This document shows, piece by piece, positions 25,601 to 39,860 of a stretch of 64,000 nt of DNA. The stretch spans positions 9,300,001 to 9,364,000 of the forward strand of contig OZ059896.1 of NCBI GenBank assembly GCA_964057225.1, given 5' to 3'. Position 1 is the first letter of the stretch. Every line of letters starts with the position of its first letter. Origin of the DNA: Auanema rhodensis. Taxonomy: Eukaryota; Animalia; Nematoda. Made by a program: the position numbers and the translations under genes. Below the pieces are notes generated by a model. The model made no database searches. It was not told the origin of the DNA and worked only from the letters and a program-made list of their open reading frames with translations.

Positions 25601-26687
25601 AGACGAGATTTGATTGTAAATCAAGCTTGATAAATGCTGTTACAAATAGAGCTGGAAGTAATACTAGCATATTACATAGGGTAAACTTATTACAATAACA
25701 TAAACTGTAGAATAATACTATTTCTTTTTCTATTGATGCTTAAACTTCTTTATTATTATTATTATAGAAAGTGTCGTTCAAATGTTAAAAAAGGAAGCAT
25801 GTATTACAGGCATTCAAAATAGATTTTTAGAAAAAAATCGCTAAGGAAGTGATTTGTCCAAATAAAGTCAGTCTCGAAAGTTTGGTAACAGCATATTCAT
25901 GCATTAAGTATATTTTGCTCGAAAAAAAAAGTTCAGTTTCTAGTTGCAACAGATTACATTGAGAACGTAACTTCAATGAGAAATATGAATAGCTTTGAAT
26001 TCTTTGTATCAAGCAAGATATGTATATGTTGTATATTTAAATATATTGTTGACTATTGTTATAGTTTATGGTTATGCAAAAAAAAAAAAAAAAAACTTGC
26101 ACGAGCAAAAATTATAAAGTGTAACAGAAAGATTGTATATCAACTGATAAATAGATATAATATGACAGAAATATATTGACAAATGATTATCCTGAATATA
26201 AAAAAAAATTATTGCATGAAAAGCTGCTGTGCTGATGTAATTCTGAATGTGGGTATTCGAAAATCAACAATGTTTCAATGAACTTGCTGTTTCCAAAAGA
26301 ACAGATGTAACAGACAATGTTCTTTTCTAGCATTTCTTCATTGACAAAAATCTTTATTTTTAGCTGAAAGGTGAGTACAAAAAAAAGATTATTATTGAAT
26401 AAAAAAAAAGCAAAGAAGAAAAGAAGAGGTGAACAATAGAATTTATACATATTCCATAGCAATTCATACTATTAGATGAAATTAGATTAGGCATATAAAG
26501 CAAAATTTATATATATATATATATATATTGGTTAGTAATATGAATTAAATTATGCAAAACCAGGATGTGGTATGGTTGCGATTGTTATTGCAACTAGACA
26601 TTATCAAAATTTGAAATATTTTCACTGAAAGCTTCAATATTGCAGAGAAGAACTTTTGATGAAATCCTCAGCTCTCATATTGGTTAC

Positions 26688-26840
26688 CTCGTTCAAAATG
26701 ACGGGAAACGGAAACAGATTGAGGCATAGAGGCTTGCGAATACGAGAAGACCCATAGATTTGGCTCGACTTCCGGTGGTAACAGCCCCCATCGGAAATGA
26801 GACGTAATGACACATAACTTCAGTATAATATTGAACGAAG
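26688..26840 (-). other. Candidate alternative or upstream exon (uORF or PTC) of the Q-rich gene
   Basis: GC-rich island bounded by CACCAG| and |GTAACC; 153 nt, phase 2-2; open for 48 codons, then TGA at 26693-26695. Confidence 0.4.
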
Positions 26841-28159
26841 CTGGTGAATGTTGAATTCAAAGAAATTCATTTTAAGTTTCTTCAATAAGAAAAGTAGCAA
26901 GTACCTAGTTGAAATTTAAAAGAACATGAAAACAAATTTCACCCTGTCGTCTAATCTTACGTAATTTCTGATTGCATAAGCTAACACGATTAGAAAGAAA
27001 AACTTGAACAAGTCATGCGAAAGATTAAAGTTTTCATTACAAATTTGAGAAATAGTGAAAAGTGATGCCATGCTTAATCATTTGACTAATTAGTAATACT
27101 GATTTAATGAATATAGTTCGAAGATTTGCAAATATGCAATGTCAAAAGATCTGTTCATATGTCTCAGATGTATGGATATTTCGTGATCGAATTACATCAG
27201 TTCATGTTTCAAGTATATTATAAAATATACAACAAAAATCATTGAAATTAGAGATTAGTTAACAATTTTTTTACACATTATATAATTTAATAATAAATTA
27301 AATGAAAAATTGCTATTAAATTGTATTATTATTTTATGAAAATCTAGAACAGATCTCAATTACGGCTTCCATCTACTGGAAAACAGAACAAACTCATTAT
27401 GTTATATAGCAGAATTAACATAATATAATAGAAATTTTATTTAAAAAAAACATATATTCATGATATGTTCTATTAGAATTCGAACTATAATGAAATGAAT
27501 GAAAAAAGTTCGAATGTTCTGTGAGCATACATCAGAGCGTGTTGGAATGTACATGCTTCAGACTTAAAATGCTTTGAAATACAGTATAAACTTAAGTAGT
27601 CAGAACTAGAATGTAAAAAGAAAATGGAAACTGTTTTCATTCAACAATTTGAATATTCAAATGAAGATATATTTGCAAAAAAAAAGGAATTATAATCTTT
27701 CGTATAATACACAATAGCCATTTACCTAAACGGACTATATGCAAATAGAAGATGATGAATATTCGATAATGTATATAATGAAAGTTGAAAAATCGAAGAG
27801 AAATAAGTTAAACAAGAGGTAAACAGAGAAAAAAGAGAAAGAGGGAGGAATAGAAACTAAGAGGATGACGGATTGGTGCGATGGGGAACATTGAAATACA
27901 AAAAATAGTTCAATCTATCTGGTTATGATCATTCAAGTCATATAGTTATTAGCTTGTACATTCGAAATTTTCGCTATAAAGTCTATGTAATTAGGTAAAT
28001 CAAATAAACATTGAAGGGAATAAATTAAATATCACAATCAATACCTCCCTCCATACCCCCAGATCATCGGATTACTTTGGTAAGTTCAAAAGTATTCATC
28101 AAATGTAAAAATAGTGACTATTATCATCATCATCATTTTTTTGGAAAAATGTAAAGAAT

Positions 28160-28172
28160 GGGGGGGGGGGGG
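28160..28172 (+). repeat. Poly-G tract (G13), G-quadruplex-capable
   Basis: G13 seen directly; similar tracts at 17732-17746 and 35570-35580. Confidence 0.9.
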
Positions 28173-29309
28173 AGGAGAGATCTAAACAAAACAAGAAAAG
28201 ATTTTCCTCTACTTTCTGAAATTAAAGGAAAATCTAGTGCATCAGGCTACTGTGCAACTAGTTAATGTTCTTTGTTTTGAATTTTGAAAATAGATATTGA
28301 ACCTTAAAGAGTAGTGACAGATGAAAATATATTCATTTCTAACCTGTCAACAGAAGTTTAGTATAATGTATTAGACATGACATAAAAGTTTTTTTTTCCT
28401 CTGTTAATCTATTAAAGACAATTTTAATTATGATGAAAGATGAAAAGTGATGACGCTGATTGTTATATAATAGTAATATTAATAGGGTCAGTCGATTTAA
28501 GTTAATCTAGCAAATAATCGTCCGTTTATGGTTAATTTAGTCATTTGAAACATGAGCTCATATGATCAAATAATCTAGTTTTTTTAATGTTTTTCATAAA
28601 TATCAAAAGAATAGTTAGTGCAAAAATAAAAAAAGAGGGTAGCACTGAGAGAAAATTGAAAAGAGAAAACGCGTGTTAACAGACTAAACTGGGATAACTC
28701 AACAAAGTTACGGATTTAACTAAAATAAACAGATTATGTAACCAGTGTAATGAGAACTTATGGAGGGAAACGTTGTAATGTCCGATTATTATTATATAAA
28801 TCAAAAAATCTGGTTAAGAATTTGTTAGAAAAAAAAGGAGAAAAAAAACAAAACAAACAAACAAAACTCACATATTTTGTGGATTGAGCACGTGCGAAGT
28901 TGTCATCGCCATGGATAAGTGCACCTAATTTGATTTGATGTATTCACAATTACTCTGAAATATTCTTATAAAACAAACGTTTATCAATATCATAAACAAA
29001 TATTGAAAAGATAAAAATAAAAATATATATATGCATAGATACTAAATGAAAACCTATTAGATTGGGAAGTGAAATCAGAGAAATGAAAACGGAGATTGAA
29101 GACGCAGAAGAAGAAGAAGAAGAAGAAGAAAATAATATTAATGTGCTAATTTTCATATAAGTTCAGTAGGTGCAAAACTACATTTTGTTTTTGTGAAAAT
29201 ATCTATACGAAATGAAAATACATAGTTACACTGTTAATACAATTTAAAAAAAAAACATAAGTTAAGCTGCAAAATCAATTGTATTTTTACAATTACAATC
29301 TTAAAAATA

Positions 29310-29336
29310 TAAATATATATATATATATATATATAC

Positions 29337-29377
<41 letters not shown>

Positions 29378-29423
29378 TATATACTATATATTATATACTA
29401 TATACTATATACTATATATATAT
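29310..29423. repeat. (TA)n / (TATAC)n microsatellite
   Basis: Seen directly. Confidence 0.9.
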
Positions 29424-32400
29424 AATATTTTTAAGAAAAAATTGGAACGGCTCAATCAGATTAAGACATGTATTCAAAAATGATTTAGAAAATTTTCAAA
29501 CTAATTATTTAATTAGTACAATTACATTACGATAATAATAGAAAAATAAATAAAATGAAGAAAAAAAGACCAGTTAAACTAATCAATTTATTATTATAAT
29601 TAATAAATTTTAATAAATATATATATATCTTAGAAAATGATTAAATCTAGGGTAAGCAGCAGTTCATATTAAGATGCAACAAAACTTTGGTTTTACTAGT
29701 GAAGCAGCTAATATGTAAAAGAATTGATGATCTTTATACTTATGATAGAATAATAGTCGTATACAAGATTATTTCTTTCATCACAATTTTGGTATTGAAA
29801 ATTTTTTAAATTTTGGGTAAAAGAAAACAAAAAATAAAATGAGAACATGACGGTATTTCCGTTCTGTTGAACTTGATAGACTTATTTGATCAAATAGAAA
29901 AAGGGCCATATGAAGAACAAATCATAGCAAACACACAAAAAAGGAATTTTATTTCTAATTGATCAAACTATAAACAGAGTTTGTAGTATAATATTAAGAG
30001 AATATGAAGATAAAATATAAGATTGTTTTTCAAGAAAATATTACATCAAATAACAAAGTATGATTGATATTTAGAAAATGATAAGGTAACATTTAGAATT
30101 ATTGAATAAGAATACAACTCAATGTTATATCTAAACACTCAGATGGTAGAAAAGTGTGGAGGTCAAAAGTGAAATCAGAAGATTACCTTTACTCTCTTGA
30201 ATGTAACAAGGAATTGTGAAAGAAGGACGAAAAGAGAGCAAAAAAAAGCGAAAAAAGAAGAAATAGGTTAAAGCTTTGTCACATCTAAACAAAACGTTTT
30301 TTTTTTGGTCAAGTATTTCTGTAAAATGAAAGCTTATGCATGGGACTATTGCTTTAAAAAAAGAGTTCCGATTGAAAGCTTTCCATTCACGTCCTCAGAC
30401 AACGACGACGGCAGCAGGAAAAAGGAGGTGGTGGTGGTGGTGAGGAGATTGAAGTAATGTGTGTGTGTGATGTGGAGGGTGTTAGTTGGACAACACAGAC
30501 ATATACACAATAACTATATTCTATCTTATGAACGAAACGTCGACTAATAGCGTCCAACTGTTATCCAACAATTCAGGTAACATAAAAGGCTCAGAGAATA
30601 CATAGAGAGAGAAAAAGAGGAAAAAAAGGATTTAAACAAAAAAAAAACGTTTTCATCTTTCATAAGTTTATATCCATAGTTATTAAAATTAAAAAAAAAA
30701 TATATATATGAATATTATATAATATACATAAAAGATATAAATAAATACATACATATAATATATAATTTAAATAATATTTAATATGAAAAAAAAAAGAATA
30801 TTTATATTCTCTTCGATTGGTTTTGTGTTCAAATTAAAATAAATATAAAAATTGAAAAAAAAAGATATATTATATGCATATAAATAGATAAATAGATAGA
30901 TAGAATGAATATATTATAGTTATATTAAACATAATAAAGAGGAAAAACCAATTTTTTTTCATTTCACTGTAGGAGGTCCTGTAGTCATGATCATCTTTTA
31001 TAAATTGAATTTGATTACAAATACAGTAATTGTAAAATGAAATCAGTTTTCCATAGAATATTATATATAAATATATAATTATGTTTATTATTAATTTGTT
31101 TATTACTATAAGTATTATAGTATATACTATGTACATATATATATATATATATAATAATTATATTCATGATTATAAATTAAAATATCAAATTCACAAAATA
31201 TGCAGAAATTTTTTCTTTTTTTTCATAAATATATTATAAATATATAAATATAAATGTATATTATTACTTCCTTTATATATATAAATAAATATAAATACAT
31301 ATAGTGAAGTTTAGGAGAAATAAAGAAAAAAGAGAAGAGAAAGAAGCGGATATAAGAGAGTAAAGAAGTATACACATACATACATATTCATAAATATGTT
31401 CTCTAGATATGTAAATGTAATTCAATTTTAAATATAAAATAAATAAAAAAAAAAGTTGATGAATCATAATTTACCAAAAAAAAAAAAAAATTTAAGTTTA
31501 TACCATATATGGTATGAATGAATGTACTTTCTTATTGATACTTACTTAAACAAATTAAATGAATCAATGAAATATTATAAAATTATATTTAAATGATATT
31601 CATTGGTTTATTTACATAATTTTGTATATTCAATTGAATATAATAATTAAAAAGAAGAAAAATTACTATATATATGTATATATAATATATAAATATTATA
31701 GAGGTTAGATATCATAAAAGCTAATTTTCAAAAAAAAAAATAAAGAAATTTTTTTTTTATTGTTGAGATCAAATAACACTATTTGGAATAAAATGATGTT
31801 GAAGCAATGAATTAGTTGTTGCCTAATAGATGTCAGCTCAAAGTAATAGTAGTGTAAGACTGGCTTGTTCGTTTGAAGAAAAAAAGGCTTAATGAAGATA
31901 TTAGAGAATTTGCTTCTCAACATCATCATCATCATCATCATCATCTTCTTGATAAACTCTTTGCTTATTTTCTATTTATCTATACTACCCGACGTTGACG
32001 ATGTTGTGAATTACTCAATTAAGGTTGATAATACTAGAAAAAGAATGTTCAAAATTATATATGAGCATAGTTAGTCTAGCAAAATTTAAAAAATAGCTAA
32101 TTGAAATGATGAGGTCAGAAAAAAATGTTCAAAGATTATATAAGATAACAAGAAATTTGATTCAAATGAATAACTAATTATTGTTGAATAAATTATAAAG
32201 TAAACGTCAACAAAATCATTGACTATATTTAATATGATTGAGCAAATTTAAACAAAAAAAATGAGATAAATATGAATTTAAAAAAATACTGAACGCATAT
32301 CTTTACAATAGATTTTTTATACTATGTGAATATAATAAATAATTACGCGAACGAGGTGGTCCATTTCCATTTACATTCAAAATATAGCTGCAAATGGAAC

Positions 32401-32499
32401 TGTTTAAAGATATTACTAACAGTTGAACAGCTCTTTTCTTCCATACATGTACGATTCAATGAAAAAGTAGGTGAAAGAATAAATAAGAAGATATGTGGT

Positions 32500-32517
32500 G
32501 TATATATATATATATAT

Positions 32518-32550
<33 letters not shown>

Positions 32551-32584
32551 GATATACGTATTTAGATAGATAGATAGATAGATA

Positions 32585-32634
<50 letters not shown>
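32500..32634. repeat. Compound microsatellite (TA)n-(GATA)n-(GA)n
   Basis: Seen directly. Confidence 0.92.
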
Positions 32635-32638
<4 letters not shown>

Positions 32639-35600
32639 GGCAGATGTTAATGAGTTGTTTTTATTGTATTTACGTGAAGAGTTCAATACAGAAACACAGA
32701 CGATAATCCACATTTTATCTCGTTTCAAAATATTTTGTAATTACTTGTTGCAGATGCACCCATATATGGTAGGGTTATGAAGCTTAGATAGTCTTTTTGT
32801 GAAAACTGGATGGATTAATTCATGATTATTACAACTGGTCAAATATCGGGCTTTTCAATATTCTCACCATCATCAGTTCTCTTCTTCATTTTGTTAAAAT
32901 ATTGTAAGCTTATAATAAGCTTCTTATTTTTGTTTTATATTTATAATATGTTTAACAAGATAAAACCAAAAAAAAGGAAATGAAATGAAAAAAAGCTAGC
33001 TAATCATTTAGTATAATAAGAAAAGATAAAATAATAACATTTAAGATGAATACAACAAAGAGTAAAAGAGAAGAAAGCAATTACTTTTTTTGGCATTTAA
33101 AGACAAGAAGAACGATCGTTGAAAATTTGAAGAAAAAAATTTAATGAAGACAACAGGAAGAATTGAAATTAGTTGTTCAATATTCGGTTTAATAGGAAAA
33201 AGGTATTTTTAGTAGCATATCAAAGTGAATAAGCCAATCCCAACACAAAAGGAAATGATTTCAATCTCATTTCATTTGGTGTTGGTGTTCGAGGAAATGA
33301 TGAAAACGATTAGTTTGTGATAACATAGATGAAGCCGGATCTCTGTTGCCAATCTCATGGTTGCGGTGTTTCAAAATAGAAAAGTCAGTTAATAGTAATA
33401 TCAGGCGGGAAGGATTAGCACCATGAAGTCTTTCTGGAATCGACACATGAGGGAAAAAGGGGAGGTAAATACGAAGAAAGTTGGAGAGTTAGCATGAGAT
33501 CAGAAAATTGAAAAAAAAAATTAAAAATGATGGTTTTCCCACAGAAAGATTGAACTTTCGAGGCAGAAAAAAAGGTGATTAATCAAGAATTTGCAAAGAT
33601 AGTTGGAGATTAGATTATAGAAGAAAAGGAGGTTGAAATGAAAAAAAAATTAATCTACTTGAAAGAAAAAGGATTTACAGATTAAAAAAGTGATGATGAG
33701 GAAAAGATCAATACCTAAAAGGAAAAGAAGAAACAATAGGAAAATGGAAAATAAAACATTGTCCAAAGATTACCGAAATAAGACAAGCTGTATATTCACA
33801 TGTATGGGAAAAGTTTTAACAAATAAATGAGAGTATTATTCAATTAAGATCAAATTTTAACAATTAGTAATGGCAAAGTAGATTATCTAATGTAATATCA
33901 TGAAACTTGAACTTTGATTGAAAGATTTTGAGGATATTTAAACAATATAAAATAGAATTGTAAAGAAAACGTTTTTTTTTTGATGAATAGATCACATTTC
34001 ATTCTGAGAAATGTTGCCATTTGCATCATAAACTGTACCGATATACACTCCTCTCTTCTTTCTCTTTTACACATTTAACTACAAACTCTTTCATTCTCTT
34101 TGTTAACTTCATTCCCTTTTTAAATCCTTTTCAAGTTCAGCCATATGGGTATTAAATCTTTTGTTCATCTGCTATGTAATGTTTGTATAAAAATATATTT
34201 CTTGTATACGGAAATCAATATTGAATTCAAACTTACTGTAAAAGGAAAACCAGATGGGCACATATGGAGTTCAATTCAATGCTTATGATAATGCCGTTTT
34301 CTACACAAATAAGTAAAAGAAAATGAAAAGTTAAATGAAGAATAAAAGAAAAAATATGTTCGGATCAAATATTGTGAGAAATGCTTTGAATCTCAACAAC
34401 TTATTGAATTGTTTGAGGACCGCTGTTTTTCCGATCACATGAAAAAGTTTCTTTCATAATCTCAACAACATGCAACCAGAAAGGATTTGAAAAAATGTGA
34501 AGTACAGAGATCTAAGGACACAATATGGATTTCAATAAGAAATCGATCTGTAAATGACGTTTCTTATAATATTTTGAATGAAAACAAAGTATAAAAGTGA
34601 TTAAAGGATTGAACAAAGATAGATGAGAAGCAGACTTAACATTCTTGAATAAAATAATTTATGAAACATATTATATACATTTTGTTTTTATTGATATTGA
34701 ATAAACATAAATTCAAATGATGTCATATATTAGCCGATTCATCTAGTAAAGTAACAACATTGACATTCAAACTAAAAAGACACTCAATTCATGACTTTAA
34801 AATCAAATAAAAAAAAATAGAAAACACATTGATCATAGGCTATGAAACTTAAACTCAATATAATAATAAAGAATTATTGACTTATTTATTCAGGAAATGA
34901 GAGAAACAAAAGCAATTGAAACTATCAAAACTATCAAAATAATAGCTTTGTGACTGTTTTGTTGTACTATAATACCTATTTTATACAATAAAAGTTCAAT
35001 AAATGAACTTTAAATTTCTATAATATTTATATAATCTATAAATATTTTTTTATTTTTAAGTTATCGCAAAAGGATTAGATGTTCAATTTCATATTTTATA
35101 AGTTTCAAGTTTCGATTAATCAGCTTAAAGCCTTATAGTCCAAAAAATGTATATATTGTCTATATATTGTATATATACATATATGTATAATATATATAAA
35201 TAAAAGTTTTTTTTTGTTGAAAGCTTGTCTGAACTGGTGGTCTTTAATCTTCAATTGAAACTACCAGACTTCTGGATTAAAAAAATACTTTGATATTATC
35301 TTTTTTTCTCTTCAAAATTGATTCACTACGTATTCCGGTGTTATAGATCAAATTGTTTTATTTAGTAACAAAAATTGTTGCTAAATTATGTGCTGAAAAG
35401 AGAAAAAAATTCTTTAAGCTTTGGCCTTCAATAAGCTAATGAAACGCAAAATGATTCAAGAATAGAAAGAGAAATAGAAAAGGAAGAAGGTTTAACAGAT
35501 GAGAATAGTCTGTGTTCTGTTCATTTGGAGTCCACACGAGAACTGCTTTGAAAATTGAAAAGAGAGAGAGGGGGGGGGGGAGAAGGGTAGGAAAAGCCTT

Positions 35601-37357
35601 AAAAATTGAATTATATCTAGTAAATGTATATTTATTATATTTTATAAGATTATACAATATTCTTTACTGCATAGTAGGGGAAATTTTTTTTTGAAGACTA
35701 TTTTACTACTATTAATAAATTTTTTTTCAAAAACGATATCTTCAGTACAACTGAAAAATCAGTAGTAGAAGCTTTAAAATAATTTGTTCCCTCTCTCTTT
35801 CTCTCTCTCTCTCCAGAATCTCATGAATATTCTTAAACTCAGAAAAGTGTAGTTAGTATTCAAAGACGAAAATTCATTTAGAATTTGAGTATATAATCAA
35901 AAGATAAAGAACAACTAAGTTTAAGAATTATAATGAAGAGTTGTATAGATTTTATAGTTATAATACATATACATAAATGAATATATAAATGTATTTATGT
36001 ATATAATAGAAATAGAAATATTATTATAAAAATAAAAATATATCTATATATCAATCTATCTATCTATATATATAATTATTAATATGAGAGGAGATCATCA
36101 AAAATTGAACGAAGATGAAAACTAGCTGGTTGCACTACATTTAAAATTCTAGCTAGTGAGCTATTATGAATAATGAATGATATCATCTGAATATTTCACC
36201 TGATACACATAGCACGTGTTTATATCTTTATAAATAAAAATTCTGAGATATACATGAAGATATATAGGTATGAATATATAATATTAATATATTATTATTA
36301 TTATTATATATACATAATAGTATATATTAGTATATTCATTTATTTATGGTCAAAATGGATTTTGAATTATAAATATATCAATTTATATATAAATCATAAC
36401 AGTTTGTATAATGTAAGAATAAATTATGAGAATATAATATATATTAATTTAGATATAAATAATAAAAGTTTATAGAATGTAAGAATAAATTAAGAGAAAT
36501 ATTTAAATTTAAATATTTTTCAAATATACTTGCAGGATTTTTTTTTAAAATCAAAAAATATTAAAAATTCATGACGATAATATGAGAATGAAGTACAAAA
36601 AAGTAAATTATATTGTTAATCTTATAATAATTATATCTACATATAGTATATGTTTTTCATATTAAGATTATAACAACTTAAAGGACGTATATAGTATGTA
36701 TGAAGAAAGTTCAGTTAAATATGAAATCACAGATGAAATACATATTCACAAGATTTCAAAATATTATAATTAATAGAAGAATATTTAACTATTTATATAA
36801 ATAACAATTTAAAATAAAATATATATATATTAGTAATTCAATAACTGAAATAAGAGAAGTAATATAGTATTGTACAATATATAGATATACATATGTACAT
36901 AAGTATACATATATTCTAGATATTCATGATGAGATAATAAAATATAAATTTATATAGTAAATGATAAGAATTATAATAAAATATTGATCATTTAATGATC
37001 TTATATACGAATAATAATAAAAGATATTATAAATTATGTTGACGTGTTCAAACTTCCTAAAAGGATAATCTTATTCTATGATTATTGGTTACATATTTCT
37101 TAATATTATTTATATTTAAATGATTGGCTCTTATCGCTTTTCTGCCAAATTTAATCAAATGAACTCAAAAAATAGAATACATAGACACACACACTCACAC
37201 ACACACACACATTTTTCTTCTCTCATTGTCACAAAATGATCCGAATGTACCAACGTAGGCGGTACACATGTTCTGGTATATGCATGATAGCTCTGATATG
37301 ACATGTCAAATCTGCTTGTAATGATTGAAAAAAAAAACTTCTCCCTCCAACAACTTT

Positions 37358-37359
37358 TC

Positions 37360-37397
<38 letters not shown>
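37358..37397. repeat. (CT)n microsatellite
   Basis: Seen directly; others near 38857-38890 and 56487-56556. Confidence 0.9.
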
Positions 37398-38852
37398 GGT
37401 CTATTAATTGTCATCTTCCTACAATTTCTCTTTGTAGTTTGACAAGAAAATATATTCAGCGTATGATGTCTGTAATTTAGGAAAAAAATGAAGTTTAAAG
37501 GAAATGTCATTGTAGGCGTGAGTATTAGAAAAAGAAAAAGACAATTTGAAAAATAAGAAGGAAGAAGATTGTTGTAAGAATAACAGTTAAAACTTGAACA
37601 AAGATCTGTAAATGGCATTTACTTTCATATATATAATTTGATATACGTATATTATATTATATTATATTATATATATATATATATATATATAGATAGATAG
37701 ATAAAAAGATAATATAATTATACAATTGACTCTAAAAGACTATAAGAGAATTTATATATAAAATTGAATTGAAATGTAGTATGAAATAAAAAGATTAAAT
37801 ACTGTCAAAATACATATTAAATGTATTTTTATACTTTAATTAATTAATTATTATTCATTTATAACTTAAATTACTACTTATTACTATTTTACTTTACAAT
37901 TTAATTAGTAATACTAAGTAATTTGATAAAAATATATTCAGCAAACCTAATGAATATTGAGGAAGTTGGGATGGACCCTGAGTTCGATGGCCACAATAAT
38001 TACAATAGAATTTGTAAATTAATTAATTAACAAAACATTAATGGATTCATTAAAGAGTATACAATACAACAACGACTTTTTCTTTTAATTTTTGTTGAAT
38101 TCAAAATAAAAGATTTGTAGGATGTTCTTGTAGTTGATAGAGAATTTTTTTTGTATTTGTGCAATAGTTCGCGAATCATAATACAATTAAAGTTTAAAAA
38201 TATTGTAATATTTTACATTAATATTAATAATATAATATAAGTTTAAAATAAAATAAAATACAAATCTTATATTTTCTGGAAACATAAAAAGAAAAAGAAT
38301 GAAATGAGAAGCAAATTAACTATTTCTGTTCAAATAAAATAATTGCATTTTGTAAAATTGTGCGAATATACGAGTTTATGATTATAGGACTAGTAGTGAA
38401 GTATAAAATAATTTGATTTCAATTTGTAAATCAAATAAACTAAATGTTTTATATAAGTTAATATAACTATATATATATAGTACATGATGATGCTATGTTG
38501 AAAATTATTAAAAGCAGTAAGTTGTAGGAGATTGTATGTAAACTTGATATTCATCTATTTCGAATATATTTATTTTATTTGAAAATCGTTGATAGTTGCT
38601 GCTCAACAGACTGTCTCAGAAATATTGTTCTTGTCAACTGTGTGCATGGCACTAGTATTTTATTTTCATTTTGGAAGCAATTTTCTTTTTATTATTAAAA
38701 TTCATTGAATATTTTCAGAATTTTGAAAAGCTTTGACTATAGATGATCAACAGATGAAAATGTATGTATTGGAAAATAGTATTAGATGACAAAATGCATT
38801 ATTAATGATTTTTCTTTTTCAACTTTTTAACAAAATCATGGCAGTTTCTATA

Positions 38853-38893
<41 letters not shown>

Positions 38894-39747
38894 ATTTTTT
38901 TCCAGCTCATATGAGAACTACCAAAGCTGTGTCTACCACTATGGAGTACTCAGATAATTGTGTTTGCATGAAATATTTCGAGAAAGCAATATCAATTTCA
39001 GTTGGTTGACTAAGCGAATTATTGTTTTCTTGTTGTTAATTCAACAATTATGTCACTTTTCTCTACAAAAGTTTATATACTTGAAAAACACAAAAATATA
39101 TAATTATATAAATTGAATGTGAGGGAGTATAAATAGAAAGAAGAAAAAAAAACTTTTTTTTGCTGTATTTTTCAACAACAATATACGTTCATATGTATGT
39201 ATGTACATACATATGTATATTCTGTCGTTCATATAATAGAACAATACAGTTTTTTTTTCTGTAAATCATATCATAAACTTTTCATTTCTCACATATTCTA
39301 TGCTTCTTGTTTGATGTAATTCTTCAGTAATGCTCAAAAGAATCGGAAATATATTATTATTCTCATAACATTTTAGTTTAAAAATGCATTAATATTTGAT
39401 TTTTTTTTAGAAATTCACAATTTATTATTACAAAAGAAAAAAAATTATATGAAATATCGTTGAACTTGTTTGAAAATACATGTATGTATGTATGAAAAGC
39501 ATATTTGAAATATGAATAAACTAGATAAAGAAACTTTTTTTTTATGGAAAAAATCATTTTCATTGTTTCTATTAAGTTATGTCAATATTAGATTAGAAAA
39601 AAGTTTTAAATATATTTATTTAAGTCAAATTAAATGTTTATTTCATTAATTGTCAATTATATAGTATATACATATATAGTTAAATATATATATTATACAT
39701 ATAATAGTAAATCGCAGAAAATTAATAAGAGGAATGATAAATTTAAA

Positions 39748-39860
39748 TGATCCGGTCCGGTCCGCAAGATCCGCAGTACTGTATACGGATCCGGATCTAG
39801 CGAAATACCGCAATTATTGCAGATTTTCTGGATCAATCTGGTCTGGTCTGCATAACCCTG
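39748..39860. mobile_element. Probable DNA-transposon end remnant (GC-rich, GGACC/GATCC repeats)
   Basis: GC-rich island in AT-rich DNA; internal palindrome GATCCG...CGGATC; 17-nt imperfect direct repeat; the minus strand begins CAGGGTTATGC, reminiscent of hAT-type termini. Confidence 0.4.
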
